DNA of 64,000 nt. Source: Eledone cirrhosa (Eukaryota). The number at the start of each line of letters is the position of its first letter. Position 1 is the first letter of the stretch. Position numbers and translations under genes: made by a program. This document shows, in pieces, positions 28,517 through 41,621 of this stretch. The notes below the pieces were generated by a model. It saw only the letters and a program-made list of their open reading frames with translations, did no database searches and was not told the DNA's origin. The DNA lies in NCBI GenBank assembly GCA_964016885.1, contig OZ024741.1, positions 352,842,001 to 352,906,000 of the forward strand, in the 5' to 3' direction.

Positions 28517-28669
28517 AGTAAGTATGTTTTGAAACAGTGAGCAGGTTTGAAATTAGAAAATAGAATAGCTTTCACCGTATTTTTGACTAAAGGAAATTTA
28601 CCCTGATAATGGGGTTAAGAACTCTCAGATAAATGGAAAAAATGAGTATTGACGTACACACACACATAT

Positions 28670-29074
28670 ATATATAATCAAGGTTTAGCAAATAAGAAAA
28701 AGTTTTAAAATAAATTTCAAAAAATTCACTGTACTCACTATGGTTACCTTTACCGAATCGGTTTCGAGTCTCAAAAATAAATGGACAGTCCTTGCGGCCT
28801 TCCATTGAAAAGATAAATTCTCGTCAGAAGGTTCTTTTCACTCGGAGAATATAACATTTCTGAGTTCAAATTACGAACTGGCGCTATTCAAAATTGTTCC
28901 CGAGATGAGAATGAATGACGTGGAAGCAATTCTGTCCAGTGACGAGTGTAAAGATAGAAACTCGAAATCGATTCGGTAAAGGTAACCATAGTGAGTACAG
29001 TGAATTTTTTGAAATTTATTTTAAAACTTTTTCTTATTTGCTAAACCTTGATTATATATGTTCTGGCTCGTTAA
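28670..29074. mobile_element. (TA)n-embedded inverted-repeat element, 100-bp arms 28670-28769/28960-29059
   Basis: Near-perfect arms around a 190-bp spacer; explains the duplicated ORF peptide ETRNRFGKGNHSEYSEFF on both strands. Confidence 0.9.
28746..28832 (-). ncRNA. Type I hammerhead ribozyme with long stem II
   Basis: ACCTT-CTGACGA-G(long hairpin incl. aatgga...gcaa...tccatt)C-GAAA-CCG(att)CGG-TA-AAGGT: canonical core, GUA site, all three stems pair. Confidence 0.85.
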
Positions 29075-29109
29075 TATATATATACATACATACATGTGTG
29101 TATATATAT

Positions 29110-29195
29110 AGAGAGAGAAAGAGCCACATATCGCATATATCTTGTGCGATATATGGCTCTTTCTCTCTCTGTATATACATATATCTCTTCATTTG

Positions 29196-29197
<2 letters not shown>
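29110..29197. repeat. Small fold-back plus short tail in (TA)n
   Basis: agagagagaaagagccacatatcgca / tgcgatatatggctctttctctctct. Confidence 0.75.
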
Positions 29198-29250
<53 letters not shown>

Positions 29251-29396
29251 AGGAGTTGACGGACCCAGCATATTTATCAATGCCAGTACCGGTTGTATCT
29301 CAGCGTACACCATGGGCAATGTAAGATACATTCCCAGAGTATACACATAGTTATTTGCTTCAACACAACACACGTAAAATAGGTGATATATATATA

Positions 29397-29613
29397 TAGA
29401 AGTGGTTACACAACAGTTAGTTCACCATACCGGAAACAATTGTCTCACCTTTGCGGATCCTCAGCTCATAATGTCCATTACGAGCTGAGGATCCGCAAAG
29501 GTGAAACAATTGTTCTTGGTATGGTGAACTAACTGTTGTGTAACCACTTCTACCTAACTCGTCCCAAGGACTGAGTGCTCTACCACTACGGATATTACCT
29601 TCCAGTGTTCTAC

Positions 29614-29616
<3 letters not shown>
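29397..29616 (+). mobile_element. (TA)n-embedded fold-back element: arms 29397-29473/29476-29552 plus tail
   Basis: 77-bp arms with a 2-nt spacer; (TA)n on both sides. Confidence 0.88.
29481..29518 (+). ncRNA. Minimal type I hammerhead ribozyme
   Basis: CGAG-CTGAGGA-T-CC(gcaaa)GG-T-GAAA-CAATTG-TT-CTTG; palindromic stem III of the kind described for PLE minimal hammerheads. Confidence 0.75.
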
Positions 29617-29680
<64 letters not shown>

Positions 29681-30087
29681 TATATATATAACTTGTTTCA
29701 ATCAATCGACAATCGATAGCAACTATGCAGGGCATATCAACACTACTACTTATTTTAACTATATTATTTAATTGGCTAAATAAACTCCGCCACAAAGGGA
29801 CGCAACTCGACGTTGTCATAAATAAACTTGAACTCATATGCAGGACCAAACCCAAACACACAATTGTATGTGAGTGTGCGCGCGTGTGTGGTAAATTGCA
29901 GGGACTTTAGCATAGCTTCCGTCTACCAGATTTCATTCAGAGATTATTGTTTATTCTAATGTAATAGTAGAATACACTTTCCCCGAACCTCGAGCAACAG
30001 TGTTTTCCACAAACCACTTTCACACTCATAGACACATGCCCGCACGCACGCATGTACACCCCCCCCCCCCCACACACACACACAATT

Positions 30088-30400
30088 CAATCAACTGACA
30101 ATTTCGACAGGAAAACAAGAACAGTCCGGGGCTTGACCGGCTGCTTCCTCTTTGCAGAGGTCGCCGTCGAGACCTCTAGCTGTCCTCAGATCCCGTACAG
30201 CCAAGCTCCTCCATAAAATCGGAACGTCTGCAGCCCGTCTGAAAAAGAAACCCCATGAGGTGATGTGGCTGTTGCCGCCGGTGTCGCTGGCCATTGTCCG
30301 CGGAAATGTAGATTCTATCACCTTCCCCATTTCTTTCTTCCGTGGCTTAATAGTCCTTGCCCTTTCCCTCCCTTTCTTCTCATTTATGGCATTTATCACA
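30088..30400 (+). mobile_element. CRE-like RLE retrotransposon 3' fragment
   Basis: FLFAEVAVETS and EVMWLLPPVSLAIVRGNVDSI resemble the CRE-type 'SIAIQRGNA' C-terminus; preceded by (CA)n. Confidence 0.7.
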
Positions 30401-30732
30401 GAAACAGACAGGACACGACTAGTTAGGAAATTACAAGTACGATCCATTAATGGAACACTAAAAATATGTAAAACATTCTAAACATTCTGCATCTAATAAC
30501 TCCATGTACACTTGTACAGATCCAAGGCATATACACATGCACACATACAACTCAAAACATCCACATCCACACATACAATAACATCCATACCTGCACATGC
30601 ATGCATGCAGATATGCATACATATCTACCTAGCTGATGTTGTGTAAATTCCAATGAGAGAGTCTTGTATCTATGTTAGAAACCGACTCTCTCTCTATTGG
30701 CAAACATTTGTGAAATTATAAAACCAGAAGAA
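30401..30732 (+). mobile_element. R4-clade retrotransposon 3' end, second copy
   Basis: Closely matches 32321-32630; followed by (CATA)n. Confidence 0.85.
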
Positions 30733-30789
30733 CATACATACATACATACATACATACATACATACATACATACATACATACATAAACAC

Positions 30790-31320
30790 ATGATGGGTGC
30801 CCCCTCGTTATCGAGTATGGTCATTGCACGATATACCATTATTAATAATTATTAATTAATTCTATCGTGCAATGCCTGTGCGTGAAGATATTTTTTAAAG
30901 TGAGGAAAGACTGTGCACTGAGCCAATCCCACTCTCTGAGCGACAGTAACTATAACCCGAAAAGAAGAAAAGATCAACATCATCGGTAACTACTGAGCCG
31001 CAGGTTTTATATCGGGGTTATCCCAGTTGCCTGAGTTGCCTTCTCCTAGAAGAATGCTCTGACAAAGGTTAGGGGTCCTTCACTCCCAGTGGTTTAACCA
31101 CGCGGTACATGTCTATATACATATTTACACACTTTTGGATGGCCGTAAACTCTTATGAGTTCTTCTGCCTTTTGTCAGGTTTTGTTTTTTGTCCTGCAGG
31201 GTGTCCAAAATCACCCTCCTCACCAAGTAAACATGGTGGGGTTGCCAGTTTAGTCGCCGACGACCCGACAGGTTGTACTGGGTTACATGTTACCAGTAGC
31301 ATTCAAGAGTGACCCGACAT
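30790..31320 (-). mobile_element. Non-autonomous RTE-derived element (leader plus 3' end) with (TATG)n tail
   Basis: 3' end ctcgataacgag...cacccatcatgt resembles 18847-18875; middle part is related to ~14130-14260 and ~33040-33180; no ORF. Confidence 0.6.
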
Positions 31321-31362
31321 AAACACATAGATAATACATACATACATACATACATACATACA

Positions 31363-32630
31363 CGAAATCCGAGCAGTTGATGTTGGAACTCGAAAAATAC
31401 TAAACAAACCCTGGAAACTTCCACATCAACAGTGACATAGACCGCATTTACTTGAAACGTAAGCAGGGAGGCAGAGGCCTAACATCAGTCCAGACAGCTT
31501 TTGAATGTCGCATCATATCTCTCCGACAACATCTACGAACCTTGAAGCGCAGGAGCCCGTCCCTCGAGCAAGTCTATCTGCATCAAACAGATAAGATCAT
31601 GAGATTTGGGAAGGAACTCCTCGAGAGATATTCCCTGTGTGATAATCAAAAACTCACACCTAGGGAACTCACTCAGCAGTATCGCAGTGAATCCATGGAT
31701 GAAAAACTGCATGCTTATCAGCAAAAAATCATGTATGGATATATTGCCAGGAAGCTCCAGAGTGAGAGTAATATAGATAAGGAAATAGTCTATCTTGGAC
31801 CAACAATTGCTATATTGGCTCCCACTTTGAAGGATGCGCTTTTGCAATCCAAGAACAGGAGATTAACACGAAATACCTGATTCACAAAAGAGATAGGGAT
31901 GCAGGCAAAACACCTAGATGTGATAACAAGTGCAGACTCTGCAGAACTAACAGCAGCTGTCCAAAGATGTCATCGCGGTACTATCTACCTATGAGGCATG
32001 ATGTAGTGGCCAAAACACTGTACAATGCAGTTCGTAAAAAAGATAGCCCCGATAATAAAAACATTAAAAACTACAGCAATGTGGAAGACATCCATGTACA
32101 TAATATGAAAGAGTACTGGTGGAATGTTCAAGTAAAAACCCCAATAAAATGCAAGCATAACAGACCAAATATTATGATATGGGACAGGGAGAAGAAAGCA
32201 TGCACAGTAGTGGAGGTTAGCTGTCCAGCAGATGCCAATATAATATCAAAGATTAGCGAAAAGGAGAATATTTATGCAGAACTGATGAGAAATCTGCAGA
32301 TACTCCACCCTCATTACACAACTAGTTAGGAAATTACAAGTACAATCCATTAATGGAACAGTAAAAATATGTAAAATATTCCAAAAAGTTTGCATCTAAT
32401 AACTGCATATACACATGTACAGATACAAAGCATATACACATGCACACATACAACTCAAAACATACACATCCACACATACAATAACATCCACATCTACACA
32501 TGCATGCATGCATACATAATCTACCTAGTTGATGTTGTGTAAATTCCAATGAGAGAGTCTTGTGTCTATGTTAGAAACCGACTCTCTCTCTATTGGGAAA
32601 AATTTTGTGAAATTATAAAACCAGAAGAAC
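31363..32630 (+). mobile_element. 5'-truncated R4/Dong-clade retrotransposon in (CATA)n
   Basis: RIYLKRKQGGRGL, CRLC, RHDVVAK, HNRPNIMIWD...VVEVSCP (RLE motifs); frameshifted; (CATA)n on both sides. Confidence 0.9.
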
Positions 32631-32765
32631 ATACATACATACATACATACATACATACACACACACACCCACACATACATACATACATACATACATACAT
32701 ACATACATACATACATACATACATACATACATACATACATACATACACACACACGTACGTACATA

Positions 32766-33190
32766 TGATGGTTGCATTTCGATTTTGAGAATTGCGACCA
32801 CTTGATCCTTTTCACAAATGGGTAGCATGGACCTTTTCAGTCCTGTGAAAGACTTATATTCCTTTCTGCATATGCTGCAGATAAAACAAAACAAAAAACT
32901 TTTTTTCGAGTACAGCAAACCATGTTCATGCAACACACGTGAAGGATGTTTGAATCATGTGATACTTGTGCTTGAAGCATTTTAAAGTAATGAATGGTCT
33001 TGAAGTGGAACTATCATACATTCTGAATAACGGTGAAAATTATCCCAAAATATAAGGTCAACATCATTAGCTACCATTGAGTTGAAGGTTTTACATCAGA
33101 GTTTTCCTTCTTCGAGAATAATGTCCTAACAAGAACTAGGGGTCTCTCACTTCCAGTGGGCTAACCATGCAATCTGGCACTAAACTGAGC
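32766..33190 (-). mobile_element. RTE-like C2H2/(TATG)n-tail family 3' fragment plus leader-like fragment
   Basis: ICSICRKEYKSFTGLKR; end gcaaccatcat + (atgt)n. Confidence 0.7.
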
Positions 33191-33441
33191 ATTTCCATGT
33201 CATCGCGTACACACATACATAAATACATACATGCGTATGTATATACACACACACACTCATATAATTATGTATATACATAAATATGTTGTTGTTGTTGTTA
33301 CAGCTCACACCTATGCAGGTTTAGTTGGCCTCCTCTAAGGTAAATCTCGTTGGAGGTGTCTTGGATGATTTAATGATAGGGACCCCAGTCCTATCATCTC
33401 ATTTCTACAGCTGAGTAAATATACATGTATGTGTATATACA

Positions 33442-33490
<49 letters not shown>

Positions 33491-33491
<1 letters not shown>

Positions 33492-35089
33492 GGGGCTGGA
33501 TCACTGCTATGCACAGCAGCCGCATCTGCTCTAGGGTCAAGGTGAACGGCTACCTCTCGGAGCCGTTCAAAATCGCGCGGTCCATCCGACAAGGGTGCCC
33601 TCTCTCCTCCCTTCTGTATGTGTTGACTCTCGAGCCACTACTGCGGAAGTTGGAGTTGTTGCAGGGCATCCCTTTGGAACCGGGATTGCGGAAAGCGGTG
33701 TCGGCCTACGCCGATGACGTGACAGTAATGGTGTCGACGGCCTCCGAAATCGAGGCGGTCGGCACCTTACTGGAGGAGTACGAAAAGTTCACAGGGGCTA
33801 AGCTGAACCGGGACAAGTCGATCGGTTTGCAACTCGGCACGTGGAGGGGCAGACCGATGCCCTCCGATGGCGTCGTCGGACGCTGGACGGAGGGCCCGGT
33901 GAAGTTGCTCGGGGTCTGGTTCGGACCGGACCTCCAGGTGGAGAAAAACTGGGCGGAGGTTACGAACAGGGTGTTTGCACTGACCCAGAAGTGGGCCAGT
34001 TGCAAACTATCCCTGAAAGGTCGGGCGGAGGTGGCGAACACCTACATAGCGTCCGTCATCTACTACCGCCTGACCGTAGTGCCCTGCCCAAGGGAAACGC
34101 TCACCAAGATGGAGCGCGCGCTCTTCCAATTCCTTTGGAAGAGGCGGGCTCCTATGGTGAGGAGATCCATCTGCTGTCAACACCCTTCGAAAGGAGGGCT
34201 GGGGATGCCGTGGCTAATGATGCGTAAACACGCATTAAGGCTACGGCACCTCTACGTATTCCTCACCGGACAACCGGTGTGGGCCTCGTTTGTGAGACGA
34301 ACCTTTCCCAGACTCGTCTCACTCACCGAGCTGCAATCCTGGGTCAAGCAAAGACCGAGAAAACTGGGCGCCTGGCACACTGAGTGTGCCCAGGCGCTCA
34401 CCGCCCTCTGGCAGGCGGATCCGGTTATCAGTGGAGACTCCACCGCAACATTCTATAGAGGGCTGGTGCGCAGCAGGTGCGACGACGCCCTCGGAGAAGC
34501 CCTAGACATGGAGGAGGACGAACTGGCCAGCCTGTTCGGTAGGACATTCAGCCCGGGACCTATGGACAACTTCCAGAAGTCCCTGGCCTGGCAGTGCTAC
34601 CGAGGGGCTTTACCCGTTCGAGAAAGGCTCTACAGACACGGGCGCCCGGGTAGGGACCCCGCCAAAAAGATCTGTTCCAGATGCGTGTGCGACGAGGAAA
34701 CCGTTGCACACGCATTAGTACACTGCTCGGGCGTAGCCGATCTGTGGGGCTATGTCGAACAACTGCTGTCAAGGGTGGGACCGATCCGGTTGACCACCGA
34801 GTCTATTGTAATGATCAAGCCGCCTCCCCCCTTCAAAGATGAAGCAGAGGCGGTGTTTCTGTGCGTAATAGCCATGGCGAAAGAGGTTGTATGGTGGACG
34901 CGTCTGAAAGGACTGAGGTCGGGCACCTTTCTCTCTGGCCAACAACTGGTCCGTTTCTTCCGATATCATTTCGGAAGAAGGATCAGGATGGAGAGAGAGG
35001 TGCTGCACCCCAGCCGTTTCTATGAAAGATGGGTGAAAGTGGTGAGAATGGCCCGTGTGAATGGGCCTTCACTCTACATCAGACTATAG
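33491..35089 (+). CDS. Uninterrupted partial ORF2 of the Tx1/L1 element (RT C-terminal half plus zinc knuckle)
   Basis: SIRQGCPLS, YADD, KLLGVWFG, GGLGMP, CSRC...ETVAHALVHC; 5'-truncated, and the track's N-terminus is microsatellite. Confidence 0.9.
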
Positions 35090-35350
35090 GTGAGGAAGAT
35101 GAAAGACCAAGGGAGCACCCCTTCTCTGTGCTCCTGAGGAGAAGGGTTGCACACCTTTTTCGGGGGTGTGTGCGACCCCCCAAGGCGCCTCCTCTCTATT
35201 GAGGATTTTGTTAAAAATTTATTTTTTGTTATATCTTATTTTATTTTTATATTTTGTTATTGCCTCCTCCTTATTGAGGACGCCTTTTTGTGTAAACTCC
35301 CCCCTTTGTACTTGTCCCACTTTTGATGCCCTAGTGGCAAATAAAAGAAA
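33491..35350 (+). mobile_element. 5'-truncated Tx1/L1-clade LINE in (TATC)n
   Basis: (ATCT)n at 33443-33490 and 35352-35400; 3' UTR ends aataaaagaaa. Confidence 0.95.
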
Positions 35351-35352
35351 TA

Positions 35353-35400
<48 letters not shown>

Positions 35401-35464
35401 CCCCCTTCTCTCTCTCTATATATATATGTATATGTATATATATGTGTATATAATATAAGATCTG

Positions 35465-36150
35465 AAGGTGTGTGGCTTAGTGGATACACAATTGTGAGGT
35501 TGTGAGTTCAATTCCCGGACCGAGCAATGTGTCCTTGAGCAAGGCACTTTATTTCACGTTGCTCCAGTCTGTAGAAATGTGTTGCGACGTCATTGGTGCC
35601 AAGCTTAATCGGCCTTTGCTTTTCCTTTGGAAAACATCGGTGGTGTGAAGAGGCAATTTGGCAGAGTCATTACAGTGTTGGATAGAATGTTTTGGAGTAT
35701 TCGTTCTGGATCTCTGCATTCTCTGAGTTCAAATCCTTTGACGAGGTCAATTTAACCTCTATTTATTGTGTCTACAATTTCTAGTCGTAGTAGAAGTTAT
35801 TGTTGTGTAGTCCTAGGTCACCCCTGTTCTAGCAGAAATGTAATTCGGTCGTAGTAAATAGCTCTGTGAAGACCGTCAATCAATAGAGTCGTTAGAACAT
35901 CGGATAGAAAGATTTGCACTATCCGTTCCAGTTCTCTGCTCTCTGAGTTCCAATCTCATCGAGATCAACATTGCCTTTCATCCTTTCGAGCTCGATAAAA
36001 AAAAACAAAACCACTCTAGTACTGTCGATTGTTTCTCTATATATCTTCCTCATTTTCTTTCTATCTCTCTCTCGTTCCGCCAGGCATCAAAAATGCCGAA
36101 GAAACGCCGTCTGTCATTACGGCGCTTCTACGACTTCATTAGGAGTTCGA
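35465..36150 (+). mobile_element. Cluster of SINE family A and B fragments
   Basis: A copy at 35465-35655 followed by family B heads and bodies. Confidence 0.7.
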
Positions 36151-36153
36151 GGT

Positions 36154-36227
<74 letters not shown>

Positions 36228-36494
36228 ATATTCTTACACCTTCCCACACTCACCCACATATGTAGCGAATGCAAACGATACGACCACAGAACGCTCTCTC
36301 CCAATTTCCTTCAGTTCCTGTCACAAAAATTCGTTCTCCTAACCTCTCGTCTTTGCGCGAGGACGTTCCTTCTATTGTCTTCCCTTCATTAATTGCCGGA
36401 AACGATTCTGTTGATTTATTACAGAAAATATATTGGTCTAAATATTTGTAGAGTACAATGGTTTGTTTTCGCTATGAAATACGAATAAACAGTA

Positions 36495-36722
36495 TTAGTA
36501 CACACGCACGTAGACACAGATACACACAGGCAGATAGCCAGACAGACATACTTATACACATACACATACACACATACATACACACACATACACAGGCATA
36601 CAGACAGACACACATGCACAAACACAGGCAGATAGACAGACATACATATACACACAAGCAGATAGACAGACAGACAGACACACACACACACACAGGCACA
36701 CGGATACACACATAGACACACA
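36495..36722. repeat. Degenerate (CA)/(GACA) microsatellite
   Basis: Directly visible. Confidence 0.9.
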
Positions 36723-37648
36723 GTAATTTACAGCTTACTTTCGTTTTTCGAGGCTTTAAACCAACCTGAAGATGAGAGAGAAAAATGTCCATTTGTGGCA
36801 CTGCTGAAGAATGATTTAAGATTTATAACTTTATGTCTGTAAATGAAGTTTTGTTATCGAACGAAACTAACCCAATCGTTGTGATTACACGTTAGCAAGA
36901 AAATACATAAAGATGATCAGAGAATGAAATGACGAGGCCGGATAAAGATAGGTGAAAGGTGAAGGGGAATTAGTTCTGTAATATTCGATTGTTTATACAA
37001 TAACTCATCTGAAATGTCATCTCCTTGTTGTATTTGTTCGGCAAATGATATGATCTTAGAGCATGTGTTGGAAGTGAAACAACTGCATCGTGATAGTCAA
37101 AATAGTGAGCATAAATAGTACAAACTCATAAATATATCAGTGTAAATTACCATAAATATAACGAAAGTAAAAATAAAAATAAATATCATAATACAAAATG
37201 TGCTACATAACTACATAAAAGAAGCATTCATTCAAATGTAGAATCACAGACAAAAAAGCAACACCTTTCTCCAAACTTCCAAATTGTTATTTGTTATCTT
37301 ATTTGTTAATTCTTTTTATATATATTTATTCATTATCGAAACAACCCTTTTCTTTTTTTTTTTAGTTCAAATAACAAATTCCCAAGCAGAATAGCATTCT
37401 TGTCAGTGTGAATATTAAAATCAATATAAAATTACATCATATTAATCTTACAACCCTTACACACACAGATATCGATCTAGTTTGGTCATATTTTGATGTT
37501 AATCATAGAATATCTGTGTAATATCACTGCATAACCTTTCAGTAATTTTGCCAACATCGCAGAATAAGATTGTATGGATTATTTCTGGTTGTATGAAACA
37601 TATAAGATTTTTATATGAGGAAGTTATACCGTGTAATGTTTTGAACAA

Positions 37649-37698
<50 letters not shown>

Positions 37699-37794
37699 CA
37701 CATATACACGCATATATATATATATATATACATTACATTAACATAAATGTGATTCGTTACAGATGGCCATGTGTTTCGTTCTATACGATTATAT

Positions 37795-37907
<113 letters not shown>

Positions 37908-38315
37908 TATAAATACACATTACATTACATTACATTAAAATAGGTGGTCATATGTTTCGTTCTATACGATTTTTTTCTCCAAACATTTGCAGAGTAATTT
38001 CTTGATTCCACAGATGTGTGAGTTAGTTTAGTTGACTGATTAAAAAATATTAAGCTTCTTTGAAAAGTATTACTATCTCTGTCTTTCCTCTTTCCCTTTC
38101 TATAAATGCATATTCGTTTGTCCGATATGAAACCGAATTTAGTATATATATATATATATTTATATATAAAATTAAAATCTTTTCTTCTTAGTCCGTAGAA
38201 ATTACTAGATAAATAATCATTTAAACGGAGCTAAGTTTAAAATGTAACTTTGAAGAAATAACAGATAAATGTTATCGATATTCCTTTATGAGGAAGTCAG
38301 ATACAATTTACCTAA

Positions 38316-38407
<92 letters not shown>

Positions 38408-38696
38408 TAGAAAAGGGAAGTAAGGTTCTATACAAAACAGTGGATATAGAGAAAAGGTGAAGGTTGGAAATAGCACGGAAAATATATTTTAGGGTCTGTT
38501 TTTCTTTTTTCCCCTTTCTTTGATTCGCCAAAGTGACATTATTGAAAAGATGACATTATTGAAAAAATGAGAGGGACAATTCTTTTTTTAAAAAAAATGT
38601 TTATAATATATATATATAAAGTATATAAAGTATTACCGGTTTCGATGTATTATTGAAACTCATCTTATCAAATGTTGAGTATTGAAATAAAAACAT

Positions 38697-40376
38697 CCTG
38701 CGGAAGTTGGAGCTATTGCAGGGCATCCCTCTGGAACCGGGAATGCGGAAAGCGGCGTCGGCCTACGCCGATGACGTGACAGTAATGGTGTCGACCGCCT
38801 CGCAAATCGAGGAAGTCGGCACCTTACTGAAGGAATACGAAAGTTTCACAGGAGCGAAGCTGAACCGGGACAAGTCCATCGGTTTGCAACTCGGATCGTG
38901 GAGAGGCAAACCAATGCCTTCCGATGGCGTCGTCGGACGTTGGACGGAAGGACCGGTAAAGCTGCTCGGGGTCTGGTTTGGTCCGGACCTCCAGGTGGAG
39001 AAGAACTGGAACGAAGTGACGGCCAAGGTGTTTGCACTCACCCAGAAGTGGGCCGAGTGCAAACTATCCTTGAAAGGTCGAGCGGAGGTGGCGAAAGACT
39101 TTTATAGCGTCCGCCATCTACTACCGTCGTGCCTTGTCCAGCCAAAACGCTCACCAAAATGGAGCGCGCGCTCTTCCAATTCCTTTGGAAGAGGCGGGCT
39201 CCTTTGGTGAGAAGATCCATCTGCTGTCAACACCCTTCTAACGGAGGGTTGGGGATGCCGTGGCTGATGATGCGCAAACACGCGCTCAGGCTGCGGCATC
39301 TCTACGTATTCCTCACCGGACAACCGGTGTGGGCCCCGTTCGTGAGGTGAGCCTTCCCACGACTCGTCTCGCTGACCGAGCTGCAGTCCTGGGTCAAGCA
39401 AAGACCGAGGAAAATGGGCGACTGGCACATCGAATGTGCTCAGGCGCTCACAGCCCTCTGGCAGGCGGACCCGGCGATCAGTGGAGACTCCACTTCGACA
39501 TTCTATAGAGGGTTGATCCGCAGCAAGTGCGACGACGCGCTCGGAGAAACTCTAGGCATAGAGGAAGATGAACTGGCCAGTCTGTTCGGTAGGACCTTCC
39601 GCCCGGGACCGATGGACAACTTCCAAAAGTCCCTGACCTGGCAGTTCTACCGAGGAGCTCTACCAGTTCGAGACAAGCTCTATAGACATGGGCGCCCGGG
39701 CAGGGACTCTGCAAAAAAGATCTGTCCGAGGTGCGTGCGAGACGAAGAAACCGTCGCGCACGCATTCATACACTGCTCGGGCGTCACTGACCTGTGGGGC
39801 TATGTAGAACGACTATTGTCGCGGGTGGGACCAATCCGGTTGACCACCGAGTCCATTGTCATGATCAAACCGCCACCCTCCTTCAAAAACGAAGGAGAGG
39901 CGGTTTTCCTTTGTGTGATAGCTATGGCGAAAGAGGTTGTATGGTGGACAAGGTTGAAAGGGCTGAGGTCAGACACCTTTCTCTCCGGCCAACAACTGAT
40001 TCTTTTTTTCAAATACCACTTTGGAAGAAGAATCAGGATGGAGAGAGAGGTGCTGTACCCCAGCAAGTTTTATGAAAGGTGGGGGAAACTTGCGAGAATG
40101 GCCCGAGTGAATGGGCCTTCTCTCTATATCAGCCTGTAGGTTGAGGAAAAAGAGGAAGAGAGGAAAGGGGTACAAACTCTTCGTACTCCTGGAGTTGAGG
40201 GTTGCACATTTTATCGGGGGTATGTGTTACCCATATGAACTGTCTCCCTCTATTGGGGAAAATCGACTAATTTTTTAAATTGCATTTATGATATTATTTT
40301 ACACGTTTTTATTGTATGTAAACTTCCCCCTTTGTATTTGTCCCCTTCTTTTGTGCCCCTGTGGCTAATAAAGAAA
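38697..40376 (+). mobile_element. Second Tx1/L1-clade copy, frameshifted, followed by (TATC)n
   Basis: ORFs 38707, 39129 and 39414 align to the first copy; TGA replaces CGA at 39348-39350. Confidence 0.95.
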
Positions 40377-40502
40377 CATATCTATTTATCTATCTATCTA
40401 TTTATCTCCAACAGGGGGCTCACACATGCGGCCCGCGAACTACTTATCTGTGGCCCGTGGTAGAACCAATATTTCATATCGCATTATAACTGGTGAAAAC
40501 AA

Positions 40503-40720
40503 GGCGGCGAGCTGGTGGAATCGTTAGCACATCTGGCGAAATGCTTAACGGTACTTCTACCGTTTTTACGTTCTGAGGTCAAATTCCGCTGATCTCAACT
40601 TTGCCTTACATCCTTTTTGGATCGATGAATTAAGTACCAGTTGTGTACTAGGATCGATGCAATCGACTGAACCCTAAACCCCAAATTTCATGCCTTCTTC
40701 CTATAGTAGAAATGATTATA
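40503..40720 (+). mobile_element. SINE family B variant with TSD
   Basis: attataactggtgaaaa flanks both sides (~40483 and ~40715). Confidence 0.85.
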
Positions 40721-40817
40721 ACTGGTGAAAATGTTCAACCACCACCACGTTTGGCCCACTGTGCCTCTCCTCCGGGACGTAATAGCCCTTTTGTGTCCTT
40801 GAGTTTGAGACCCCTCT

Positions 40818-40858
<41 letters not shown>

Positions 40859-41114
40859 TTTACTTTTTTTCTGTCTCTGGACTACGCCCATGCTGGAGCA
40901 TCACCTTGGTAAGTTATGGGGACGTCAACAAACCAACAAGCATTGGTGTGAGGGCAAACACAAACGCAAAGACATACACAGACATATATACATATATACG
41001 ACGGGCTTCTTTTAGTTTGGATCTATCAAATCCACTCACAGGGCTTTGGTCGGCTCGGGCAGTGGGACTGAACCCGGAAATAAGTGGTTGGAAAACAAGC
41101 TTCTTGTCACACTG

Positions 41115-41168
<54 letters not shown>

Positions 41169-41170
<2 letters not shown>

Positions 41171-41340
41171 CAAAAGATGGTTAAATGAGTTCCATGTATT
41201 TTATTAATAAAATACATGGAACTCATTTAACCATCTTTTGACTTTATATATTATGTATACTCCAGTCCTACAAACTGTAGAGTGCTTCTTATCCGATATT
41301 TGCATTGCTTTATTGTACTACAATAAAACTCACCTCCTAC

Positions 41341-41342
<2 letters not shown>
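41169..41342. repeat. (TA)n-embedded perfect 74-bp palindrome (41169-41242) plus tail
   Basis: No spacer, centre between 41205 and 41206; (TA)n on both sides. Confidence 0.9.
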
Positions 41343-41399
<57 letters not shown>

Positions 41400-41583
41400 A
41401 TAATATATATATTATACACACACACATATATATATATATATATAACGTTACACACTTAAATATAAATGCATGTATATTTATACAAATGTATAAATGCATA
41501 GCTATATACATACGTAAATGTATGTATGTATATATGTATGTATGTAGATTTATATATATATATGTATGTATGTATGTATGTAG

Positions 41584-41621
<38 letters not shown>

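Noticed and set aside
30152-30481. 109-aa ORF as one gene
   Set aside because: Chance fusion of a CRE-like C-terminus and an R4 3' fragment
31225-31300. Hatchet, twister or HDV-like ribozyme call
   Set aside because: Only superficial motif resemblance; the required pseudoknot and P4 elements could not be placed
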